Positions 18,214 through 26,500 of a stretch of 32,000 bases of DNA are shown piece after piece. A model generated the notes under the pieces. It saw only the letters and a list, made by a program, of their open reading frames with translations, was not told the DNA's origin and did no database searches. This stretch comes from Balneolaceae bacterium (GTDB lineage: Bacteria; Bacteroidota; Rhodothermia; Balneolales; Balneolaceae). Location: NCBI GenBank assembly GCA_965601825.1, contig OZ271839.1:1985164-2017163 (forward strand), written 5' to 3'. Within the stretch, counting starts at the first letter, position 1, and each line of letters opens with the position of its first letter. The position numbers and the translations under genes were made by a program.

Positions 18214-18717
18214 TTACTGATAAGAAACTTCAAGTGAAATTGTAGCAGTGTAGTCAGAAGCTGCAGCTTGTGAAGAACCAGGTGTTACTGTTCCGCCAAT
18301 ATAGACATATAGAAAACCTGAACCGTCAAATGATGCACCTGTATAAGTAGAATTAGGATCAAAAGCAGTCAAAGTTCCGGGAGTTCCATCTGCATCCCAA
18401 CCAGCATCTGTTGCAGAAAATGAAATAGGCATTGTAGCGCCACCAGCAGTTGCACTTGTTAAATTTGATGGAAGTGTAAAGGTTAAATCTACACCAGCCG
18501 TAGCTGAACCAACAAAATCAAAGTTACCTGCATCTGCAACTGCCTTATCAATAGATTTTGCTATATCAGGTGTAACATTACCAAACTCTAAATCTCCAGG
18601 TGTTACAGTTACTGCTGCGATAACATTTGCGTTAGCAGCGATATCAAAAGATTGTGCGTTTACATTAGCAGCAACAAAAAATGTTGCAAAAACGAATAAA
18701 GAAACTAATTTTTTCAT
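18214..18717 (-). CDS. Small secreted DUF4402/Csu/SCPU-like fimbrial subunit, candidate major subunit
   Basis: Signal peptide ...ANVNA-QS. Ala/Gly/Thr-rich. Family motifs DLEFGNV, FLYVYIGGTV and C-terminal SDYTATISLEVSYQ shared with three upstream paralogues. Has its own flanking intergenic regions and terminator. Confidence 0.65.
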   Translation of the reverse strand: MKKLVSLFVFATFFVAANVNAQSFDIAANANVIAAVTVTPGDLEFGNVTPDIAKSIDKAVADAGNFDFVGSATAGVDLTFTLPSNLTSATAGGATMPISFSATDAGWDADGTPGTLTAFDPNSTYTGASFDGSGFLYVYIGGTVTPGSSQAAASDYTATISLEVSYQ

Positions 18718-18748
18718 GACAGTAGTATTTGTTGTTTATTTTCTACAC

Positions 18749-18756
18749 CAAACTTA
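18749..18756 (-). promoter_or_regulatory. Bacteroidota-type -7 promoter box candidate (TAAGTTTG = TAnnTTTG) for the major subunit gene
   Basis: - strand TAAGTTTG lies 31 nt upstream of the ATG at 18717. An ATTG sits 20 nt further upstream (possible -33 element). Same box-to-ATG spacing as at 23364-23371. Confidence 0.3.
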
Positions 18757-18786
18757 AGACACTTTCTTTTACCTACCAATTAGATG

Positions 18787-18800
18787 TTCTTAATTAAAAG
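18787..18800. promoter_or_regulatory. TTCTTAATTAA-containing candidate operator, copy 1
   Basis: + strand TTCTTAATTAAAAG shares an 11-nt core with the perfect palindrome at 20461-20474. Lies just upstream of the putative promoter of the major subunit gene. Confidence 0.3.
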
Positions 18801-18804
18801 CTGA

Positions 18805-19323
18805 CTATTGGTATTCAATATGTAGTACCACGTCTGCATTATAGGTGCCATTCTGAACATCACCGACGTCAACGCTACCAAAAACATATACATACAGCTG
18901 TTGCCATATATTATTAGATTCGGTTAATCCATTACCTAAAACATTAACATAACCCTCATTATCCAATAGAAGTGAAGAATTAAACGGATTATTTGAACCT
19001 GAATTGTTGTAGGCAATATCGAGGTTTATTGGTATACGATCTTGAACTGCCGGATTAATATGTTGCAAATATTCAGGTACCGATAGACTAAGAAAAAGTT
19101 CTTGGGTATTTATTGTTTTGATATTAAAAATTCCCATATCAATGTCACCCAGTTCAATTTCATCGATCCCAGAATTTGTAACTAGTATCCCAAAATTTAA
19201 TTCCTGATCAATTTCTGTACTAATTTCAGGCTCGACAGTAAGCTGAAGATTAATGAATTGGGCATACGTAGTCTGTGTTAATAAGAAAAAAAGTACACAA
19301 ATATGTATGACCTTATTAATCAT
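18805..19323 (-). CDS. Small secreted DUF4402/Csu/SCPU-like fimbrial subunit paralogue
   Basis: Signal peptide ...TTYA-QF. Motifs ELNFGIL, QLYVYVFGSV, NGTYNADVVLHIEYQ. Start overlaps the upstream paralogue by 8 nt. Confidence 0.55.
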   Translation of the reverse strand: MINKVIHICVLFFLLTQTTYAQFINLQLTVEPEISTEIDQELNFGILVTNSGIDEIELGDIDMGIFNIKTINTQELFLSLSVPEYLQHINPAVQDRIPINLDIAYNNSGSNNPFNSSLLLDNEGYVNVLGNGLTESNNIWQQLYVYVFGSVDVGDVQNGTYNADVVLHIEYQ

Positions 19324-19903
19324 AGCTAACCATAATATTTATGTTGCCTGTATAATTTCCGGCATCTACAGTACCTACATTAATTGAACCATAGATATAT
19401 AAATAGGCAGTATCATTAAAAACTGCGGGGTTATAGCCTTCATAAACCGGTGTTGGTGGGGGACCTGGTGGTCCACTTCCTCTATATTTTAAAGGAAATT
19501 GTGCACTTGCAACACTACCCAATACCATCATATTGATTGACTGGCTAGTCAAGTTTTGGCCTTGATTCGCATAAGATGACTGAAGTGTGAATGGGATTCT
19601 ACAAGCTGGATTTGTTTCACATCCTATTAAGCCATCAAGCAATAAATATTGATCTGCAGTTACTTCAACTAATACATCTAAATATTCTACACCTGTAATT
19701 GTGAATATTTTAGAACTATTAATATCTATCGATGCACTTGTTTCCTGAACAACTGTACCAAATTCAAGATTGGTTCCAGGCGAAAATTCATCTAGACTAA
19801 CTGAATAAAGACTGCTATATGTACCAAAGTTAATTTCTTGTGCAATTGAAGAAATACTGAATAAGTGAATTAATAGTAATATTGAAATTAACTTCGTTAT
19901 CAT
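19316..19903 (-). CDS. Small secreted DUF4402/Csu/SCPU-like fimbrial subunit paralogue (divergent: Cys pair and PPGPPPTP insert)
   Basis: ATG 19903 (MITKLISILLLIHLFSISSIA-QE, good signal peptide, 1 nt after the upstream stop) preferred over tracked ATG 19942, which overlaps the upstream gene by 38 nt. Motifs NLEFGTV, AYLYIYGSINV, AGNYTGNINIMVSYD. Confidence 0.55.
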   Translation of the reverse strand: MITKLISILLLIHLFSISSIAQEINFGTYSSLYSVSLDEFSPGTNLEFGTVVQETSASIDINSSKIFTITGVEYLDVLVEVTADQYLLLDGLIGCETNPACRIPFTLQSSYANQGQNLTSQSINMMVLGSVASAQFPLKYRGSGPPGPPPTPVYEGYNPAVFNDTAYLYIYGSINVGTVDAGNYTGNINIMVSYD

Positions 19904-19904
19904 T

Positions 19905-20399
19905 TTAGATATAATCGATTTCGATAGTGAAATCTCCTTCATATGTACCAGGTACGGCTTGTTCTAGGTTTACACGGCCACCAACCCAGATATAATACCT
20001 CCCTTCGTTGTTAAAGAAAATATTTTGATTTCTTTCTTCAATTAACTCAGAGGTCGTCTGGTCTTCGATAGAATTGCCGGATAACTCATAGGTAAACGTT
20101 AATGTACCTTCACCTGTTGTATTTGTTAGTTCTCTAGCGCGTAGAAAATCTAACCGGAATTCAGCTTCAGGTGTACCTAATGCAATCATAAAGCCTGCAT
20201 TAAGATCTGTGATTGGATTAACATATAATTCATTTTCATCAGCATCAGAATTTCCAAATGTCATTGAGTTTATCGTAACTAACTCAATAACTGGTGTAAC
20301 TTGTGCATTGATATTAATTGTAGCTGTTAATCCATCTCCCGATTGACCAAATGATAAAGCAGGTAGAAATAGTACAATAATAGTGATTAGAGATCTCAT
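19905..20399 (-). CDS. Small secreted DUF4402/Csu/SCPU-like fimbrial subunit paralogue (first gene of the subunit block)
   Basis: Signal peptide ...ALSFG-QS. Motifs SMTFGNS, RYYIWVGGRV, PGTYEGDFTIEIDYI. Confidence 0.55.
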   Translation of the reverse strand: MRSLITIIVLFLPALSFGQSGDGLTATININAQVTPVIELVTINSMTFGNSDADENELYVNPITDLNAGFMIALGTPEAEFRLDFLRARELTNTTGEGTLTFTYELSGNSIEDQTTSELIEERNQNIFFNNEGRYYIWVGGRVNLEQAVPGTYEGDFTIEIDYI

Positions 20400-20460
20400 T
20401 ATTTGCTTGCTAAACTTTTAGTTAAAGTTAAGGCAAAGCAAAATTTAAGCCAGTTAATCT

Positions 20461-20474
20461 TTCTTAATTAAGAA
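20461..20474. promoter_or_regulatory. Perfect 14-bp palindrome TTCTTAATTAAGAA, candidate operator, copy 2
   Basis: Self-complementary. Lies in the 93-bp intergenic region, 61 nt upstream of the ATG at 20399. Shares its core with 18787-18800. Confidence 0.3.
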
Positions 20475-20492
20475 TTTGCAATAAGGGTTTTA

Positions 20493-20885
20493 TTACCAGG
20501 CAAATGCATTGAAGTAAAGAGGGTCAAGTTCTACCTCGCGACCTTGTAGTTGAATACTTCTAGGGAGTACTTCAGTATTTCTTATATAATTAGTAATCAT
20601 TTCGAAATTATAGGTAAGTGTTTCATTTCGAAATCTGGATGAGAATCGTACAGTTATGGTGTAAATACTATCAATTGGTTCCTCATCTATTAAATAATAT
20701 GGATTAGGTGTATTGATAGGGTAAAAGTCACCAACAATTTTAAGTTGATCACGCCCAGGGATAAAAGTACTATCCTCTAGTTGTGGCTGCAGATTTACAT
20801 TGAAGGTTATAGCTGTTTGAGCAAATCCACTAAGATTGATAGTTAGTAATATAAAAGCTGAGAGAATTAGTCGTCTTAGAGTCAT
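20493..20885 (-). CDS. Small secreted beta-sandwich (CBM/Ig-like) protein, function unknown
   Basis: Signal peptide ...SGFA-QT. ITFNVNL...LKIVGDFYP...IYTITVRF...LTYNFEM strand pattern resembles CBM20-like/Ig-like folds. Starts 3 nt after the stop of the 476-aa gene. Confidence 0.5.
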   Translation of the reverse strand: MTLRRLILSAFILLTINLSGFAQTAITFNVNLQPQLEDSTFIPGRDQLKIVGDFYPINTPNPYYLIDEEPIDSIYTITVRFSSRFRNETLTYNFEMITNYIRNTEVLPRSIQLQGREVELDPLYFNAFAW

Positions 20886-20888
20886 TTA

Positions 20889-22319
20889 TTAATCTGAGAT
20901 TTTAGTCACTTCGTCTTTCCAGTAAACGATAGAAAATACACTTTCACGTGGGAAAGAAGGAGGAATACTGGATTTTAATCTGTTATCGTATTGATAATTC
21001 TTTGAATACCCTGAATAAATGGTTGAACCTGAGAAGGTGCCCACAGGTCCTCGGTTTTCCTGAATCAATCCACCTAAGAGATTCAGTGTACCTTTGGCAC
21101 AACACCAATTATAGTTTTCCACATAGAATGATGTATTTAAAGCCACAATGGATGCATGGACGGTAACATCCTGAGTGCCACTATATGAATGTGCGTTTGC
21201 ATCTATTCGAACGTGACCTTCGCTCACTAATCCAAGCATGTCAGTACTGGATGAGTCTGCTAAAGGATTGGTAGCATATGTGATATCACCATCAATCTCG
21301 ATAAGTGATTCGGAATGTAGCGTTACGGCACCTTTCACAGTACCAACAACATCCACACGTCCAGTAGTTGAAATTACTCCGTTAGTAGCACTTAGATCAT
21401 AATCAACTGGGGAACTCCAAAAACTACCGTTGTACTCTGAAATTCGGGCATATCCAACACCACTACTTTCATAGAACTCAACATTTAACTGATTGTTAAA
21501 TCGTAATCCGCCATTGTTAGCAGCTGTTTCTAATTTACTGATCTCGTAACTAGTTGGAGAGCTTTTAACAGGAGCGTTAAAATTCTCGCCACCAAAAAAG
21601 TTTGGACTGGTTGGGTTTGTTGAATGCGCACGCCATGTATTTGGGCTTGTTACCAATCCATAGAAAGAAGGATCTCCTGACATCGCAAATTGTCCATTTG
21701 TATGAATTGGACCATAAATATTATCTGCTCCAATGAACCAAATTGTACTTCCAGACGAACTTAATTCTGATTGAGTCATGTAAGAATACTTAGAAAATGA
21801 ATCTCTTTGCATAAGTACTTCAGTTCTAACTTCTATGTCGTCGTACGTTGAGGTGCTAACTAATAATACCTTGTATTCATCCCAAGATGTAACACTATTA
21901 TTGGCTGGTTTATTCAGACTAGATTCAGTGTAACTTGTTAATTGACCACTTATCTCAAATCCACGAGCACCACTCTGTGAATTTACAAGTTGATCTGCAA
22001 GACCTTCTTCAATGTCCTGTAATTGCTCTAAACTTAGTTGACCAAGAGCCATTTTTTTTCTACCAGCATTGGACCGAGCTCTAATTGCAACAGTATCCAC
22101 AACATCGCTCATGGTAATTGAGCCTGTCCAATTATTATTGGCTTTCATTGTTTCAACTGCATTGTCAATCAATGATTTAGATAAATTTCTTGCTTGTTGA
22201 GCATTGTAATAATCAACAGATACTTCAGGTATATCTGTAACACGTTCTTGATTATTTACCTGAACAATGCCGGTAATAATTGTAAGTCCACTTACTAAAA
22301 ACAATAAACTTCTACCCAT
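20889..22319 (-). CDS. PilX/GspK-like large pseudopilin-like (tip) protein
   Basis: N-terminal hydrophobic anchor GRSLLFLVSGLTIITGIV followed by YYNAQQARNLSKSLIDNAVETM (PilX_N-like pattern). GPIHTNGQFAMSGDPSFYGLVTS motif as in large PilX-N-domain proteins. 9-nt gap to the upstream gene. Confidence 0.45.
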   Translation of the reverse strand: MGRSLLFLVSGLTIITGIVQVNNQERVTDIPEVSVDYYNAQQARNLSKSLIDNAVETMKANNNWTGSITMSDVVDTVAIRARSNAGRKKMALGQLSLEQLQDIEEGLADQLVNSQSGARGFEISGQLTSYTESSLNKPANNSVTSWDEYKVLLVSTSTYDDIEVRTEVLMQRDSFSKYSYMTQSELSSSGSTIWFIGADNIYGPIHTNGQFAMSGDPSFYGLVTSPNTWRAHSTNPTSPNFFGGENFNAPVKSSPTSYEISKLETAANNGGLRFNNQLNVEFYESSGVGYARISEYNGSFWSSPVDYDLSATNGVISTTGRVDVVGTVKGAVTLHSESLIEIDGDITYATNPLADSSSTDMLGLVSEGHVRIDANAHSYSGTQDVTVHASIVALNTSFYVENYNWCCAKGTLNLLGGLIQENRGPVGTFSGSTIYSGYSKNYQYDNRLKSSIPPSFPRESVFSIVYWKDEVTKISD

Positions 22320-22328
22320 GACTACTCC

Positions 22329-22913
22329 TCAATAAGGTAAGTTGATGTTATTTGGCACGAATATCCTTTTCCAAACCAGACGCGGATATTCCTGGTTCTC
22401 ATTATTAACGGTATATGGCTCGCCTGTTTCTACCATAATTTCTACTTCAATCTTTTTAACAGCAGATCGATCTGAAGTAACGGTTCCGTTGGCCGTGTAA
22501 TAATTCATATCAAAATAAACGACCGGAAACTCAAGAGTACCGTAACTGCTAATTCCGATAGGCCCGGTTCTTTTCAAAAAATAGTCGTTTGGATTTGTTG
22601 TCTCAGTTACTGCATCAGATTTATCGAAATACCACCTGATATTCGTTGAGCCAAAACTATCAGTGTCATAAACATCACCTTGAAAAATGATATTCATATC
22701 TGTTATAGTTGTAAATGGGACAGCAGTACCAGCATTAAATCCAATTTTATTGAAGTCGTTATCTAGAATCTCGACCAAATTATCTAATGAATTCTGATTA
22801 TAGCTACTTAATGCAAGTTCCTGGCTTTGATTCATCACTTGCACATTAAATGCCAGTATGGAAATCAAGAACATTCCACCAATCACAAATGTTATGGCTA
22901 ATCCTGAACTCAT
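22329..22913 (-). CDS. PilW/GspJ-like pseudopilin-like protein
   Basis: N-terminal anchor SGLAITFVIGGMFLISILAF. Body pattern IRWYFDKSD..YFLKRTG..EFPVVYFDMNYY..KKIEVEIMVETGEP..LVWKRIFVPNN resembles GspJ/PilW-type minor pilins. Its ATG shares one base with the upstream stop (TAATG). Confidence 0.45.
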   Translation of the reverse strand: MSSGLAITFVIGGMFLISILAFNVQVMNQSQELALSSYNQNSLDNLVEILDNDFNKIGFNAGTAVPFTTITDMNIIFQGDVYDTDSFGSTNIRWYFDKSDAVTETTNPNDYFLKRTGPIGISSYGTLEFPVVYFDMNYYTANGTVTSDRSAVKKIEVEIMVETGEPYTVNNENQEYPRLVWKRIFVPNNINLPY

Positions 22914-23332
22914 TAGTAGGTATATGATTTAACGTACTCTAAAGTGATGAAGACTTCAGGAGTAACATTCTGATTAAGTACAGATACAGTAACCTGATAT
23001 CGTTTCATCGAGCCGGTATCCTCAATCAATTCTGAGTTGCCATCTATCACGAATGTTGTAGTGTATTCATCATTCGATCCATATGTCTGTGACAATTCAA
23101 CAGGGTAGTTTGCATATACATAACTTCCGCTGCTTGGATCTAAATCATCCGGCTCGTAAATCCACTGAACCTTATCTAATTCATCCTGAGCAACAGCAAT
23201 CGCTCGGTATTCGGCTTCAGCCTGATAAATGGTTTGTCTTGACGAATTGAAGCTTCTTGCCGTGTTTAATGACAAAAAGGAAAAAACAACCATCGCTCCC
23301 AATAAGTAAAATATTTCGGAATAACTAGTCAT
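22913..23332 (-). CDS. PilV/GspI-like small pseudopilin-like protein
   Basis: MTSYSEIFYLLGAMVVFSFLSLN N-terminus (Glu at precursor position 6). AEAEYRAIAVAQDELDKVQW helix and C-terminal MKRYQVTVSVLNQ...FITLEYV resemble GspI/PilV. In-frame TAG 3 codons upstream fixes the start. Confidence 0.4.
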   Translation of the reverse strand: MTSYSEIFYLLGAMVVFSFLSLNTARSFNSSRQTIYQAEAEYRAIAVAQDELDKVQWIYEPDDLDPSSGSYVYANYPVELSQTYGSNDEYTTTFVIDGNSELIEDTGSMKRYQVTVSVLNQNVTPEVFITLEYVKSYTY

Positions 23333-23363
23333 CGTTCTCTACTTTTATTACATGAGTAATTAT

Positions 23364-23371
23364 CAAATATA
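23364..23371 (-). promoter_or_regulatory. Bacteroidota-type -7 promoter box candidate (TATATTTG) for the pseudopilin-like operon
   Basis: - strand TATATTTG lies 31 nt upstream of the ATG at 23332, inside a 219-bp AT-rich intergenic region. No convincing -33 TTG at the expected spacing. Confidence 0.3.
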
Positions 23372-23551
23372 TGTTACAATTAAAATTAATCTATCGTAAC
23401 AAAATGCTATTGAGGGCACTAGTTAGTATTTGATATTAATCAATATAGCGTTCTTCTTGACCTTTCTTTAGAAAATCTAATTTTCGGTCTTCATGTTATC
23501 GGAGAATTAACAGAAATCTTTAGTCCTTTATTATAAAATATTGATCACATT

Positions 23552-26500
23552 TTATTTAATAAAGGTCATTTTTTTGATAAAAACCTCCCCGTTAGCTTGA
23601 AGGCGATAGAAGTAAACTCCACTGGCTAAAGCATTTGCATTAAACCGCGTTTCATAACGACCCGGCTGTTGTTGACCGTCTATTAAGGTTTGAACCTTCC
23701 GACCCAAGATGTCATACACTTCAAGTAGAACATTGGATGTTTGATCAACTCCAAATTCAATAATTGTGCTAGGATTAAAAGGATTAGGGTAGTTTTGATT
23801 CAAGAAAATAGCTTCAGGTACATCTCGTTCAATTTGCTCGGTACTTATTTTCAGAGTAAATCGAGTGTTCATTGTGGAAGCTTTAGCTTTCAATTGCTGT
23901 TGTGGTGAAAGTGGATCTAAATTTCTTCGAATCTTGGCGCGTGTAGTATGATTGAAAGAGAATGAATTTTGATCAAATAAATTGATTTCATCACCGGTTT
24001 CATTATCAATTAGAATGAAAATCCAATCATCAGGAACTCCTCTCAAGGTATTCCATTTCATGGTATAGTTTCCTGATACCGGGACTCCATTTTCAAAGGA
24101 TTCAAAGTGTAATGGAATAAAATATCTTGAATTGAAATCAGCAGGTAGATTATTAATTGCCAACTCAGTTCCATTTTCTAATAATGAGTGGAATTCAATG
24201 TGTGATGCTGACAGCGGTAATAAAGTGAATGCATCTAGATCATCTTTTCCAATCTCAGCAGTCTCTGAAAATAAAATGTTAGTTCGTTTTGTACGACCAT
24301 TTTCGCCTGTAATTGCTATCTCTATTTGTGGGTAAGGAATGTCATTAGATTTCTGCTTTACCCGAATTGAATCTTCAATTATTTCCTGACCTGAATCTAG
24401 TCCTTTCCTTAAGAACGAGTTGCCTTGAGTTTTTGCATCTTTCTTTACTTTAAGAACTGGACTTACATCACTTGCTTTTACCCAGAATCCCTGGAAAGGA
24501 GCTATTAGTCCACCATTTGGTAAGGTACCTGTTATTCCATTCCAAGTTAGATATTCACCATCGCCACCATTTGCGGCAGGATCCCAAATATAAATCGTAG
24601 ACTCAACATTAGTTTTGGTCCAGTTCGGTGTGTCATCCCAATCTATTGTCGCTGCAAAAGGATTACCAATTAAATTCCAACCGGAATCTGCGGTAGCAGT
24701 GTAAGTAATGCCAAAGTCAACCTCAGTATCGTCTCCATTCCATTCCTGACCTCCAGCATCTAAAGTATCAGGTAGAGCTTCATTATATAGTGGATCAGCT
24801 GCAATATCACCAAATACAAAAAGGAACATTCCCTGACCTTGGGTTAAGGTCTGACTTGAACTTGTAGGTGCTCGATATCGTTGGTTGTCTGTTGCAGAAC
24901 CGCCATCGATATTTATATCATAGGTTTCATCATAGGTTAACACATTCGGTTGTAATGTATCACCAGGACTAGTTGTTGAAGTGTAGAATGCACCTGGATA
25001 ACCTTGAGTTAAGGTTCCATCCAATAAATCACCATAGGTAGTATTAAAAGGGGAGGAGATTAGTCGCCATCCAATGCTTCCAGTAATCTCTCTTTGCATT
25101 CGAATCGAGCCTGAACCATAACTTTTTGAATTTGCTATTAAGTTTGATCCACTTGGCAGAAACATAACTCCATCAACTAAATTCAATGAATCCGTTACAG
25201 TTACATTACCAACAAAATCAGCACCATTTGAATTATCAATTTCAAGATTCGTGAAACTATTCGGACTTGTAATAGTCTGTTTTACGCTCCCATTCAATAT
25301 TATGTAACCAATGGTGGCATCATTAACATCTAAGGCGCCACCTACAGTTAAGGTATCTGTATTACTTCCGAAAATATCGCCCTCGCCGGATGTCTCACCT
25401 GTTACCACAAAATTGATTCCACCAGATACAGTTACAGATGCCGCATTTTCTATCGAGATTTGAGCAATCGTGGTATTTGTTGTACTAACTACAGGTTGCT
25501 GAGTACCTTGAGATGGTGATGCAGGTATTAACACTTTATCAGTTGGACCCGGAACCACACCAGCACTCCAGTTTACAGCATTATCCCAATCATTTGCCAC
25601 ATTTGGCAATCCGGGACTCGATTGCCACTGTGTATTAAATTCAGCGTATTCTACTTGAGCAGTGTTAGTGATGGATGCACCATTCAAGGTTCCCGATATA
25701 GTGGCAGTACCTGCAATAATTGATGAAGTCAATGTTGCAGAATAAGTACCATCTAAGTTATCGGTTACTGAACCGAGGGAACCCGAAGTAACACTTAATA
25801 AAACAGTTTCTCCACCAGCAGTTAAATTATTTCCTTCAGAGTCTTTAGTCTGAATTGTGACTGTTGTTGTGGCAAAACCATCGTTAAAAATTACAGTTGG
25901 GCTAACGGAGATCGTAGTTGTTAGCTCAGAAGCAGCTCCTGGAGTCACTGTGAAACTGTTACTAGTACCTTCTTCTGCACCGGCAGAATTTGTGGCTGTT
26001 ATTGAACATGTACCCAGATCGGTTATGCTCACAGTTAGAGATGATAATACACCATTGGTGAAAGAAGGAGTTGTTCCTGCACCGGTTCCTATATTACAAT
26101 TTGAGGACGTTAGAGAAGCTGTACCATTAAAAGTAGTAACAGTATCTTGAGCACCATCAATTGCTACCAGTGTAATGTTGAAATTCTGTCCAGCAAGTTT
26201 ATCTGAAATATTCCCAAAAGGGACACGCTCAACTTTAAAACCTGTCAGTTGCCCAAGAACCACCACATCGAAATCAGTACTGGTTGTATCTGTTAAGCCA
26301 GTGCTTGAAGCCGTCAAATTATAGGTCCCAGTATCATCAACTATCAGATTATCAAATTCGGCAATTCCAAATAAATTGGTTTCTTCAAGTGTAGTTGAAG
26401 CGATATCAAAGACACCAGATCCACTTACAGCATTTAAAGCCATAGTCACATCAATTCGACTTTCTTCAACGGGATTTCCAAACTGATCTATTAATTGTAT

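Noticed and set aside
19904-19942. Upstream ATG (19942) for the divergent subunit paralogue, overlapping the preceding gene by 38 nt
   Set aside because: ATG 19903 lies 1 nt after the upstream stop and begins a normal signal peptide. The extra 13 residues (MKEISLSKSIISK) add a non-signal-like prefix.
20889-23332. A complete type IV pilus or type II secretion operon
   Set aside because: Only three minor-pilin-like proteins are present. No major pilin, assembly ATPase, platform protein, secretin or canonical prepilin-peptidase cleavage motif occurs in the window.
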